DNA of 64,000 nucleotides from Fimbriimonadales bacterium (GTDB lineage Bacteria > Armatimonadota > Fimbriimonadia > Fimbriimonadales > JABRVX01): assembly GCA_045862955.1 (NCBI GenBank), contig BTVI01000010.1, positions 1 to 64,000 on the forward strand, written 5' to 3'. The position numbers were made by a program, and so were the translations under genes. Below the pieces are notes generated by a model. That model had not been told where the DNA came from. It saw nothing but the letters and a program-made list of their open reading frames with translations, and did not search any database. This document shows, in pieces, positions 26,840-36,043 of the stretch (the first letter of the stretch is position 1; each line of letters starts with the position of its first letter).

Positions 26840-27367
26840 ATGCCGAATAACCTAGTATTGCTCGGATTCATGGGCGTGGGTAAGACCACGCTCGGTCGTC
26901 TGGCCGCCGTCATGCTGGGGACCGACTTCATCGATCTCGACGAGAAGATCGAGGAGGATACCGGTCTCTCCATCCCCACAATCTTCGAGACGTACGGCGA
27001 GCAGTGGTTCCGGGACTTCGAGCACGCAACCCTCGAGAGCTTGCAGAACCTATCGGGCTGCGTAATCGCGGTCGGAGGCGGCGCCCCCTGCCAGCCAGAG
27101 AACGTGGAACTGATTCGCTCTCTAGGACTTCGCGTGCTGCTGACCGCCGAGCCGGAGAGTATCCTGGAGCGCGTGCAGCCAATCGAGTCCAGACCCTTGT
27201 TGGCTAAGGCAAGCGACCCCTCGAAACGCATCGAAACTCTGATGCAGCAGCGAATGCCGTGGTATCGTCAGGCAGACCGTGAGCTTCGGACCGACGGCAT
27301 CACACCCGAAGAAGGCGCGAGCCGCCTAGTGGAGATGTACATGGAGTGGATGACCCAAGGTGGTTGA
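26840..27367 (+). CDS. aroK: Shikimate kinase
   Basis: GFMGVGKTT Walker A, DLD, GEQWFR, GGG, RPLL. Confidence 0.95.
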   Translation: MPNNLVLLGFMGVGKTTLGRLAAVMLGTDFIDLDEKIEEDTGLSIPTIFETYGEQWFRDFEHATLESLQNLSGCVIAVGGGAPCQPENVELIRSLGLRVLLTAEPESILERVQPIESRPLLAKASDPSKRIETLMQQRMPWYRQADRELRTDGITPEEGASRLVEMYMEWMTQGG

Positions 27368-28454
27368 GACGATCCATCTCAGCTCCCGCGGTGGCTGCTA
27401 CGATATTCTGGTTGGGGAGCATATCCTTCACGCTTTGTCGGGCGTTCTCGCATCCGCTTCTCCCGACGGCATTGCCGTAATCACCCATCGCAAACTACTC
27501 GAGTGGTACGGCAAGGAGCTGCTGGGTGCCATCCGAGCCGCCGGACCCGAGCCGATCGTGTTGACCGTTCCGGCTGGAGAGCGTAGCAAGTCCTATGGTT
27601 CAGCCGGCGCGCTTTGCGAGAAGTTGTCGGAGCGTGGCCTCGGCAGGCAAGGGGTGATCGTTGCCTTCGGTGGCGGCGTGATCGGCGACTTGGCGGGCTT
27701 CGTGGCCTCCGTGTACCACCGTGGCATTCGCTACGTGCAAGTGCCTACCACGGTTCTGGCGCAAGTGGACGCGTCTGTCGGCGGCAAGGTGGGAGTGGAC
27801 CTCGAGGCGGGCAAGAACCTGGTCGGCTCGTTCCTGCAGCCGCTCGCGGTGATCGCAGATACCACCGTGCTGCGTACCCTGCCGATTCGCCACCTTCGCA
27901 ACGGGATGGCGGAGGTGCTGAAGTACGGGTTCATCTTTTCCGCGCCCTTCGTGGACTTCGTGGTGGGCGTGCGCCGCCAAGTGGAACGACGCGACCCGAC
28001 GGTGTTGGCCGAGATCGTGGCCGCGTGTTGCCGCTACAAGGCGGAGGTCGTCGGTGAGGACGAGCGGGATACCACCGGATCGCGCGCACGTTTGAACTTC
28101 GGCCATACCGTCGCCCACGCTATCGAAACCAGTCTCGGCTATCGTTCCATCCTGCACGGCGAGGCTGTTGCCATAGGAATGGTGGCAGAGGCGAGGATTG
28201 CTCGTCGCCTGGGTCTGTGTGATGCAGACGTGCCCGAGGCGGTTCGAACCGCCGTCCTCGCATACTCCCTCGGGCGGCAGCCGCCGCGGCTGGCCCCCGA
28301 GGAACTGGTCGCCCTGATGTATCGGGACAAGAAGGTCGTGGAGGGTAAGCTAGTGATGGCACTGCCTACGAGAGTGGGCGAAGTGAAGCTCGTCGGCGAC
28401 GTCCCGCAGGACGTAGTCATGGATGTCCTCCGAGAGATGGACTGCGATGGGTGA
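27360..28454 (+). CDS. aroB: 3-dehydroquinate synthase
   Basis: GGGVIGDLAGF, PTTVLAQVDASVGGK, LNFGHT, HGEAVAIGM, DKK. Confidence 0.96.
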   Translation: MVETIHLSSRGGCYDILVGEHILHALSGVLASASPDGIAVITHRKLLEWYGKELLGAIRAAGPEPIVLTVPAGERSKSYGSAGALCEKLSERGLGRQGVIVAFGGGVIGDLAGFVASVYHRGIRYVQVPTTVLAQVDASVGGKVGVDLEAGKNLVGSFLQPLAVIADTTVLRTLPIRHLRNGMAEVLKYGFIFSAPFVDFVVGVRRQVERRDPTVLAEIVAACCRYKAEVVGEDERDTTGSRARLNFGHTVAHAIETSLGYRSILHGEAVAIGMVAEARIARRLGLCDADVPEAVRTAVLAYSLGRQPPRLAPEELVALMYRDKKVVEGKLVMALPTRVGEVKLVGDVPQDVVMDVLREMDCDG

Positions 28455-28653
28455 GGCACACGAGAGCCTGATCAGAGCCTTCTGTGCGGCCTGGACCTGC
28501 TTGCTCGCAGCCGGGCACTATGGGGGGCTGCTTTCCCAGGGTTCGCCCCTCTGGCTGGGCTCTGCGTTGCCCACGCTCACGACGCTCTACTGGGTTCTTC
28601 TAGCCGCGTCCGTGGTCTATTGGATATGGACATGGAGGAGTCGGTCGCAGTGA
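28447..28653 (+). CDS. Small hypothetical membrane protein (2 TM)
   Basis: Fills the gap between aroB and the kinase, overlapping both; hydrophobic. Confidence 0.5.
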   Translation: MGEAHESLIRAFCAAWTCLLAAGHYGGLLSQGSPLWLGSALPTLTTLYWVLLAASVVYWIWTWRSRSQ

Positions 28654-30410
28654 TTGGTGACATCCTGCGCTTACGATACGAGATCGAGCAGCGGCTGGGT
28701 GAGGGGCCGCTGTTCGTCACATACCGCGCACGCGATCGGGTCCGCAATCGGCAGGTCGCGCTCAAGCTTCTCCGTGCTGAGTACAGCCATCTGCCAGAAC
28801 TACGCATCGCCGTCAGAATGTATGCCGACACGATGCAGCAGTACCGCTGGCCAGGTGTAGCCGCTTGTCTCGGCACGGATGAGCACAACGGCATTCCCTT
28901 TTTGGTTTTCGAACTCGCCTCGGGGACCCCGCTGGAAGAGCGCATGAAGCGCCTGGGATCAATGCATGTGCAGGTGGCGGTGGACATCGCGATCGGTATC
29001 GCCACAGCCCTCGACGCTCCCCATCGCGCCGGTCAGGCGTTTGGCAGACTACGCCCCGCCAACGTTTTCGCGAACGTCGAGGGAAGCGTGATGCTCACCG
29101 ACTTCGGACTGCGCTCGGTGGCCATGGCGCACCCCGATACGTTCCGCGCCGAGGTAGCCATCGCGGGACCGTACATGGCCCCGGAACTGTTCATCGGAGG
29201 GGAGGAGAGCCCCGCTGCCGACGTGTATTCCGTTGGCGTTATCCTTTTCGAGATGCTGACCGGGGAACGGCCAGTACGCGTCGCGGCGGGGACCGACGCG
29301 CACATCATGCCCGCGGTGTCCATGCGCACGCTGAACCCCGCCGTGCCTCCTGCGCTGGAGATGCTGGTGGAGAAGGCAACATCCGCACAGCCGAGCGCGC
29401 GACACAAGGATGCTGTGGAGCTGCTGCTGGATTTGAAAGGCATCCGCGATTCGCTTCGCTTCGGCAGGCCTTCCGAACGGACAGTGTTCCGAGCCGGTGC
29501 TACCGATCTCGGCCCTCCCCCGACTGCAACCAGCGCGCCTCGCGCCGCACCAGGGTCGGAAGCCGCCGTCCGCGTCGCTGCACCCAAACCAACGCCACAG
29601 CCGGCACCGCAGCCCGGACCCAGACCCGAGCCGGACGTGCCGCGATGGCTCAGCCTAGTCAACATTTCGCTGACCCTAATGGCGATCCTGGTAGTGATGG
29701 CCGGCGCCGCCTACCTGTTCCTCAGCGTAACCAAACCCCGCGAGGCGACGGTACCGGCACTCCTGGGTAAAACCCTCGTCGAAGCGCGCCAGATCCTCGC
29801 GGAACGGAAGCTGAAACTGAAGGTGGCAACCCAGGCCTATAACGATCATTTCCCCCCCGAAACCATCTTCGCCACGGTGCCAGACGCCGGCGAGAAGGTC
29901 AAAGAGGGTGCTACCGTTGCTGTCTCGCTCAGCTTGGGACCGAGGCTGGTGGCCGTTCCCGATGTTCGGAACCTTACCGAGGAGCGGGCGCGGGCTGCTC
30001 TGGCGGAAGTGGGTTTCAAGAAGGTGACCGTGGCCCCGCGCGAGCATAGCACGGAGGTACCGTACGGCGCGGTGATCCGTCAGAACCCGCAGGGCGGACT
30101 GGAGCTAGACCCGTCACAGCCAGTGCAGCTCGTGATCAGCCTCGGCCCGGAGCCCACAGAGCCATCCGAAGAGGGAGCCGTTCTGCGAACGTGGCGCATC
30201 CCCATTGCCATCCCTCCCGGCGTTGCACAAGAGGTCCGCGTGCAAGTGGAGTTCCGGGATGACACCGGCTCCCGAATCGTCTACGACGCCAAACGCTTTG
30301 CAGGTGAGGAGTTCGAGGTCACCGTGGACGGCTATGGCGACCGAGCCAGAGTGACCGTCACCTTGGATGGCAAGCGCATCTACCGCCGTTACATGGAGCC
30401 CGAGCCTTGA
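28650..30410 (+). CDS. PrkC/PknB-like Ser/Thr kinase-fold protein with TM and two PASTA domains; probable pseudokinase
   Basis: VALK, DFG, YMAPE, DVYSVG retained; HRD loop replaced by FGRLRPAN; PASTA repeats VPALLGKT and VPDVRNLT; GTG 28650 with RBS GGAGGAG. Confidence 0.85.
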   Translation: MIGDILRLRYEIEQRLGEGPLFVTYRARDRVRNRQVALKLLRAEYSHLPELRIAVRMYADTMQQYRWPGVAACLGTDEHNGIPFLVFELASGTPLEERMKRLGSMHVQVAVDIAIGIATALDAPHRAGQAFGRLRPANVFANVEGSVMLTDFGLRSVAMAHPDTFRAEVAIAGPYMAPELFIGGEESPAADVYSVGVILFEMLTGERPVRVAAGTDAHIMPAVSMRTLNPAVPPALEMLVEKATSAQPSARHKDAVELLLDLKGIRDSLRFGRPSERTVFRAGATDLGPPPTATSAPRAAPGSEAAVRVAAPKPTPQPAPQPGPRPEPDVPRWLSLVNISLTLMAILVVMAGAAYLFLSVTKPREATVPALLGKTLVEARQILAERKLKLKVATQAYNDHFPPETIFATVPDAGEKVKEGATVAVSLSLGPRLVAVPDVRNLTEERARAALAEVGFKKVTVAPREHSTEVPYGAVIRQNPQGGLELDPSQPVQLVISLGPEPTEPSEEGAVLRTWRIPIAIPPGVAQEVRVQVEFRDDTGSRIVYDAKRFAGEEFEVTVDGYGDRARVTVTLDGKRIYRRYMEPEP

Positions 30411-31075
30411 GTGTTCAGATCGCCCCATCCGTCCTCGCTGCGGACTTCGGACATCTCGCCGACGCTGTCGCCCAGGCCGATGCGGCAGGCGCAGACATGA
30501 TCCATTTCGACGTGATGGACGGCAGGTTCGTGCCGAATTTGACGTTCGGGCCGCCCCTCGTGCAGGCGGTACGTCCCGTGTCCAAGCTCCCGTTCGACGT
30601 GCACCTGATGGTGGAGCGCCCGTGGGACCTAATCGAGGCGTTCGCGGATGCCGGCGCTAACTATCTCACCGTGCACGAGGAAGCGTGTCCTGACCTCGTG
30701 CGGGTGCTGTCACTCATTCGGAGGCATGGCGTAGCCCCCGGAGTCTCCCTAAACCCGCACACGCCGCTCGAATCGGTCCGGTATGCGTTACCCGATGCGG
30801 AGCTGTTGCTGATCATGACAGTCAGTCCAGGGTTTGGCGGGCAGGAGATGCTCGCCCCGATGCTGGACAAGATCGCCGCCGCCGCGCGGTTGGTGGCAGA
30901 GGTGAATCCCAAATGCCTTATCGAGGTTGATGGGGGCATAGATGTCATCACCGCACCTCGCGTGGTGCGTGCAGGAGCCAGGGTGCTCGTGGCGGGCTCA
31001 GCGGTCTACGGCACTCCCTCGGTCTCCGATGCGGTGCGGGAACTACGTTGCGCAGCGAGCGAGGCGCTGACGTGA
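30407..31075 (+). CDS. rpe: Ribulose-phosphate 3-epimerase
   Basis: IAPSVLAADF, HFDVMDG, DVHLM, PGFGGQ, EVDGG. Confidence 0.96.
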   Translation: MSVQIAPSVLAADFGHLADAVAQADAAGADMIHFDVMDGRFVPNLTFGPPLVQAVRPVSKLPFDVHLMVERPWDLIEAFADAGANYLTVHEEACPDLVRVLSLIRRHGVAPGVSLNPHTPLESVRYALPDAELLLIMTVSPGFGGQEMLAPMLDKIAAAARLVAEVNPKCLIEVDGGIDVITAPRVVRAGARVLVAGSAVYGTPSVSDAVRELRCAASEALT

Positions 31076-31395
31076 CGGCGAGCCGCCGCCGACGTATCGT
31101 CGTGCTGTGCCTGGCACTCGTTGCCGTGGCGATGGGAATAGCGTATCCGTTCCTGTTTCCTGCTCCGGCTGCCGACCTCCCCACACGTGAAAAGGCGTCG
31201 GTCCTTCTGTACGGCTTGACGTACCTATTGGCCCTGATCTTGGTCCTCGGCGCAATGGCACTCGTGGCGGCGCGGGAGATTCGACAAGTGCTGGAGCAGT
31301 ATCGTGAGGAGCGTAAGTCTGCCATCCGCGGCCTAGTCCAGTCCTTGGCGAGACCGAGGCGGCGCAACAGCAGTAATGGCCACCCACTGGACTGA
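31072..31395 (+). CDS. Hypothetical 2-TM membrane protein
   Basis: GTGA overlap with the rpe stop; two hydrophobic helices. Confidence 0.6.
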   Translation: MTASRRRRIVVLCLALVAVAMGIAYPFLFPAPAADLPTREKASVLLYGLTYLLALILVLGAMALVAAREIRQVLEQYREERKSAIRGLVQSLARPRRRNSSNGHPLD

Positions 31396-32482
31396 CGAAG
31401 ACCTGCGCTTCATGCGCAGAGCGCTCGAGCTAGCTGCTCGCGGCTATCCCGCTCCGAATCCCTATGTAGGCGCGGTGCTGGTGCGCGACGGAGAGGTGGT
31501 TGCCGAGGGATACCACCGGCGTGTCGGTACCGCCCATGCCGAGGCCGTCGCACTCGAGAAAGCGGGTCCGCGGGCTCGAGGTGCCACTCTCTACGTCACA
31601 CTCGAACCCTGCTGCCATCAGGGACGGACCCCACCCTGTACCGAGGCGATCGTCGCTGCAGGTGTCAGCCGTGTGGTTGCGGCTGTGCAGGACCCAAACC
31701 CGGTGGTCAGGGGCGGCGGAATTCGACGACTTCGGCGAAAAGGGGTACGAGTGGATGTAGGCCTGCTCGAGGTTGAAGCCCGCGCTCGGAATCGCATGCA
31801 CTTTCACTTTCACCAGACGGGTCGCCCGTGGGTGACGGTTAAGGCAGCGATGTCGCTCGATGGGAAGATCGCCACCGTAACGGGAGAGTCCAAGTGGATC
31901 ACGGACGAAGATGCCCGCCGGATGGCGCACAAGCTTCGCGCCGAGCATGCAGCCGTGCTGGTTGGTGCCCGAACGGCGGAGATGGATCGGCCCAGCCTCA
32001 CCGTGCGGCTGCCGGGCGTCACGGCGAAGCCTCTGCGAGTGCTCCTGGACTACGACCTGCGCATCCCCGAGGACAGCACCCTGTACGATGGCGAGGCCGA
32101 AACGGTTGTCTTCTTCCGAAGAGCCGCCCCCGCCACCCGCAAGCGGCTCTTGTCCTGTCCGGCTCGGCTGGAGCAGGTGAAGGGGTCGGAAGACCGTCTA
32201 GACCTGGGGGAGGTGCTGGAGCGCCTAGCCTCTTGGGGTATCACATCCGTACTGGTCGAGGGCGGTGGCGAGGTGATCGCCTCGTTCCTGGAGGCCAGGC
32301 TGGTGAATCGCGTCTGCTTCTTCTACGCTCCTCTCATACTCGGCGGCGCGCGGGCCAAGACCGCTGTCGAAGGATCGGGCGTGAAGACGATCGCGCGAGC
32401 CGTGCGTCTGCATCGTGCTTCGATGCTTCGAGCCGGGAGCGGGTGGATGGTAGACGGCGAACCGGACTACCCATTGGAGTAG
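31376..32482 (+). CDS. ribD: Riboflavin biosynthesis deaminase/reductase
   Basis: PNPYVGAV, HAE, TLEPCCH..TPPC, SLDGKIA, SKWIT, VEGG. Confidence 0.96.
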   Translation: MATHWTDEDLRFMRRALELAARGYPAPNPYVGAVLVRDGEVVAEGYHRRVGTAHAEAVALEKAGPRARGATLYVTLEPCCHQGRTPPCTEAIVAAGVSRVVAAVQDPNPVVRGGGIRRLRRKGVRVDVGLLEVEARARNRMHFHFHQTGRPWVTVKAAMSLDGKIATVTGESKWITDEDARRMAHKLRAEHAAVLVGARTAEMDRPSLTVRLPGVTAKPLRVLLDYDLRIPEDSTLYDGEAETVVFFRRAAPATRKRLLSCPARLEQVKGSEDRLDLGEVLERLASWGITSVLVEGGGEVIASFLEARLVNRVCFFYAPLILGGARAKTAVEGSGVKTIARAVRLHRASMLRAGSGWMVDGEPDYPLE

Positions 32483-32486
32483 CACC

Positions 32487-33092
32487 ATGTTCACGGGTCT
32501 GATCGAGGCCGTCGGTTCGGTAGCAGAACCTCTGCACAGCGGCAGGCTATGGATCTCGGCGCCTTTCGCCGCAGAGTCCGGGCCCGGACACAGCGTGGCT
32601 GTGAACGGCGTGTGCCTTACAGTCGTAGAAAAGGTGGGCGATCGGCTGTTGTTCGAGCTGTCCGAGGAGACCGTGCAGAGGACTGCGCTCGGCTCCCTCA
32701 CTGTCGGGACTCCGGTGAACCTCGAGAGACCTCTGCGCGCCGACGCAGAGCTGGGCGGTCACTTCGTGCAAGGCCACGTAGACGGTGTGGGAAAACTCGT
32801 GGAAGTCGAGACGCTCGAGGACTCCTGGATGTTCAAATTCCGGGCACCGACCAATCTCGCTGCGGAGTTGGTTCAGAAAGGTTCGGTTGCTGTAGACGGT
32901 ATCAGCCTGACCGTCGTGGACCTCTTTCCGAGCGGCGAGTTCACCGTCGCTATCATCCCGTTCACGTTCGAGCATACCAATCTCGGCACGATGAAGCCCG
33001 GGACGCCCGTGAACATCGAAACCGACATTCTGGGCAAGTACGTTCGAAGATTTATGGAGCTGAGGCAATCGCCGCAGGCGGTAGAAGTGTAA
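32487..33092 (+). CDS. ribE: Riboflavin synthase
   Basis: MFTGLIE N-terminus, GVCLTV, NLER, GGHFVQGHVD, GSVAVDGISLT. Confidence 0.96.
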   Translation: MFTGLIEAVGSVAEPLHSGRLWISAPFAAESGPGHSVAVNGVCLTVVEKVGDRLLFELSEETVQRTALGSLTVGTPVNLERPLRADAELGGHFVQGHVDGVGKLVEVETLEDSWMFKFRAPTNLAAELVQKGSVAVDGISLTVVDLFPSGEFTVAIIPFTFEHTNLGTMKPGTPVNIETDILGKYVRRFMELRQSPQAVEV

Positions 33093-33093
33093 T

Positions 33094-34398
33094 ATGGGCC
33101 ACACATTCTGCGAGGTAGAATCCGTTCCGATGGCAGACTCCCCCGACGTGTCGCCTAGCCCCTTCGCGAAGATCGAAGACGCCCTCGAAGACATCCGACA
33201 GGGCCGCATGATCATCGTGGTCGACGACGAGGACCGGGAGAACGAGGGCGACTTCGTGATGGCTGCCGAGAAGGTCACCCCCGAGGCCGTCAACTTCATG
33301 CTGACGCACGGGAGGGGCCTCTTGTGCGTGCCGTGTGACCCGAAGCGCCTGGAGCAGCTCGGTATCGGAATGATGGTGGTGGACAACACCGCGAAGTTGG
33401 GCACGCAGTTCACCGAGACGATAGATGCGGCGAACGGGATCAGCACGGGGACCTCGGCGCACGACCGTGCGCTTACCATCCGGCTCATGTGCAACCCGAA
33501 GTCCACACCGGCGGACTTTGCGAGGCCCGGCCACGTCTTGCCGCTCCGCGCTGCAGTAGGTGGGGTACTGCGAAGGGCAGGGCATACCGAAGCCGCGGTG
33601 GACCTTCCGAGGCTCGCCGGCCTTCAGCCCATCGGCGTGCTCTGCGAAATCCTCAAGGACGACGGAACGATGGCTCGCGTGCCGGAGCTGTTGGAGCTGG
33701 CGCGGCGATTCGGCATGAAAATCGTGACCATCGCGGACATCATCGAGTACCGAAGTCGTACCGAGAAACTGGTCCGCCGTGCCTGTCCCCCGATCGCCTT
33801 CCCGACCCACTTCGGGCACTTCACGCTGCACGTGTACGAAGCCGACACGAACGCAAACCCGTATGTGGCGCTCAGCATGGGTAGTGTTGATGATGGCGAG
33901 CCGGTTTTGACCCGCGTCCACTCGAGCTGCACCACGGGGGATGTTCTGGCTTCGCTGCGTTGTGATTGCGGGGATCAGGTGGTCGCAGCACTCGGGCTCA
34001 TCGCCCAGGAAGGCCGAGGCGTGCTGCTGTACATAAACCAGGAGGGGCGTGGCATCGGACTGCTCAACAAGCTGAAGGCGTATGCGCTCCAGGATGCCGG
34101 AATGGACACCGTGGAGGCCAACATAGCTCTCGGGTTCAAGTCGGACCTGAGGGATTACGGCCTCGGGGCGCAGATCCTTCGCGATTTGGGACTGCGCAAG
34201 ATCAGGCTCATGACGAACAACCCGTCGAAGGTTGCGGGGCTGCAGGGCTACGGCTTGGAGATCGTGGAGCACGTGCCGCTGGTTGTCCCGCCGAACCAGT
34301 ACAACTTGATGTACCTGCGGGCGAAACGGCTGAAGATGGGCCACTGGCTGCCTGAACAGGATGGGCCCGAAGAGGCTGAGCCCTCAGGCCTGTCCTAG
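33094..34398 (+). CDS. ribBA: Bifunctional DHBP synthase / GTP cyclohydrolase II
   Basis: DDEDRENEGD, RPGHV, GHTEA; RVHSSC..GD..LRCDCG, QEGRGIGL, LMTNNP; start could be 33130. Confidence 0.95.
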   Translation: MGHTFCEVESVPMADSPDVSPSPFAKIEDALEDIRQGRMIIVVDDEDRENEGDFVMAAEKVTPEAVNFMLTHGRGLLCVPCDPKRLEQLGIGMMVVDNTAKLGTQFTETIDAANGISTGTSAHDRALTIRLMCNPKSTPADFARPGHVLPLRAAVGGVLRRAGHTEAAVDLPRLAGLQPIGVLCEILKDDGTMARVPELLELARRFGMKIVTIADIIEYRSRTEKLVRRACPPIAFPTHFGHFTLHVYEADTNANPYVALSMGSVDDGEPVLTRVHSSCTTGDVLASLRCDCGDQVVAALGLIAQEGRGVLLYINQEGRGIGLLNKLKAYALQDAGMDTVEANIALGFKSDLRDYGLGAQILRDLGLRKIRLMTNNPSKVAGLQGYGLEIVEHVPLVVPPNQYNLMYLRAKRLKMGHWLPEQDGPEEAEPSGLS

Positions 34399-34412
34399 GT
34401 ACACTCCGAACT

Positions 34413-34892
34413 ATGCCAACCACCGTCTTCGAAGGCGATCTCCGGCACGACACCGCGCGATTCGGCATCGTCGTGTCCCGGTGGAACGACCTGGTGACTC
34501 GCAGGCTCCTGGATGGCGCCCTCGGTGCTTTGTGCCGCTACGGCATCGGCGATGAGCGGATCGAAGTAGCCTGGGTCCCCGGATGCTGGGAGCAGCCCCT
34601 CGCTGCTGAGGCGCTGCTTGCCACGGGCAGGGTCCAAGCCGTTATCTGCGTTGGCGCTATCCTGCGCGGCGAGACGCCCCACGCCGAGTACCTGGCTTCG
34701 ACCGTCTCGCACGCACTCAATCGGCTGGCCTCACAGTGCAAAGCACCGGTCTCGTGGGGGATTCTGACCTGCGACACGCTCGATCAGGCCCTCGAGCGGG
34801 CTGGCTCGAAGATGGGCAACAAGGGGGCCGAGGCCGCCCTAGCGGCTCTCGAGATGGTGTCACTGCTGGACAAGGTCAAGCAGGGAGGCTAG
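34413..34892 (+). CDS. ribH: 6,7-dimethyl-8-ribityllumazine synthase
   Basis: IVVSRWN, VPGCWE, RGETPH, QALERAG..GNKGAEAA. Confidence 0.94.
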   Translation: MPTTVFEGDLRHDTARFGIVVSRWNDLVTRRLLDGALGALCRYGIGDERIEVAWVPGCWEQPLAAEALLATGRVQAVICVGAILRGETPHAEYLASTVSHALNRLASQCKAPVSWGILTCDTLDQALERAGSKMGNKGAEAALAALEMVSLLDKVKQGG

Positions 34893-36016
34893 TGGTGAGT
34901 CGGGTAGCCGGGGTCGTCCTGATTCTGCTTGCCTTGGGCCTGGGCTCCGTCTTCGTACTCCGCTACATCGAGGCGTCTGCACCACCTAACCCTCAGCAAG
35001 CGCTGGAAGTGCTAGAGCGGCCGGCACGCAGAGTGTCCCTTGCGGCACAGCCCGATTTCGTGCAGGCCGTCAAGAAGCTCTCGCCTGCCGTCGTAGCGAT
35101 CGATGTGATGGGGTTGAGGCGGCAGGGGTTCTTCCTCACACAGTTTGCCGGCCAGGGCTCCGGAGTCGTGATCTCTCCGGACGGCTACGTCGTGACGAAC
35201 GCTCACGTCGTGCAGGGCGCGCATGAAATCCGCGTGCGCACCATCTCCGGAGGGGAGTACGATGGCTTCGTCGTGGGCAAGGACGAGGAGCACGACGTCG
35301 CCGTGCTCAAGGTCAAAGCGAGCAAGCTGCCCTATGCGGAGCTAGGGGACAGTAGTACGCTCCAGGTCGGTGAATGGGTGCTTGCACTCGGCAACCCGCT
35401 GGGATACGAGAACACGCTTACCGTAGGAGTGGTCAGCGCCACCAATCGCCAACTGCGCGAAGCCGGTGCGGGCTTTACCGGACTCATCCAGACCGACGCG
35501 GCCATAAACCAAGGTAACTCGGGCGGCGCGTTGGCGAATATCCACGGACAGGTCGTGGGGATCAACACGGTGATCGTCTCGCCGACCGGTGGCAACATTG
35601 GATTGGGGTTTGCGGTGCCCATCAACCGGGTGAAGGAGATAGCCAAGCGGATCATCAGCGGCCAGCGCCCACTCGTTCCTTACATCGGCCTCGTGCCGTA
35701 TCGGGGCGTCAGCCTCTCCGATCCTGCACTGCGTGAAGCTCTGGCTCAGGAGTTGGGAGTTTCGAAGGTGCCGAACGCCGGCGTGATCGTCGAAAAGGTG
35801 TGGCCGCTCTCGCCGGCGCAAGAAGCGGGTCTGCGGCCGCTGGATGTGATTGTCAGTCTCAACGGACGTGAGCTTCGCACATCGGACGACTTCTGGAACG
35901 TGCTCGGCAGCGCGGAAGTCGGCGGAGTGCTCAAAGCTCGCGTTTGGCGAATGGGAGTCGAGAAGGAGGTTACGATCGCCGTAAGGGACTTGCCGCCCAG
36001 CGTAGATCGCGGCTAG
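34892..36016 (+). CDS. HtrA/S1C serine protease with one PDZ domain
   Basis: N-terminal TM; GSGVVI, TNAHVV, DVAVLK, TDAAINQGNSGG; GTG overlaps the ribH stop. Confidence 0.92.
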   Translation: MVSRVAGVVLILLALGLGSVFVLRYIEASAPPNPQQALEVLERPARRVSLAAQPDFVQAVKKLSPAVVAIDVMGLRRQGFFLTQFAGQGSGVVISPDGYVVTNAHVVQGAHEIRVRTISGGEYDGFVVGKDEEHDVAVLKVKASKLPYAELGDSSTLQVGEWVLALGNPLGYENTLTVGVVSATNRQLREAGAGFTGLIQTDAAINQGNSGGALANIHGQVVGINTVIVSPTGGNIGLGFAVPINRVKEIAKRIISGQRPLVPYIGLVPYRGVSLSDPALREALAQELGVSKVPNAGVIVEKVWPLSPAQEAGLRPLDVIVSLNGRELRTSDDFWNVLGSAEVGGVLKARVWRMGVEKEVTIAVRDLPPSVDRG

Positions 36017-36043
36017 CACCGCCCGGAGGCGTCGCGCGCAAGC

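Noticed and set aside
33913..33930. RibA motif RVHSSC instead of RVHSEC as a sign of inactivation
   Set aside because: All three Zn cysteines and the other motifs are intact; a single substitution is insufficient evidence
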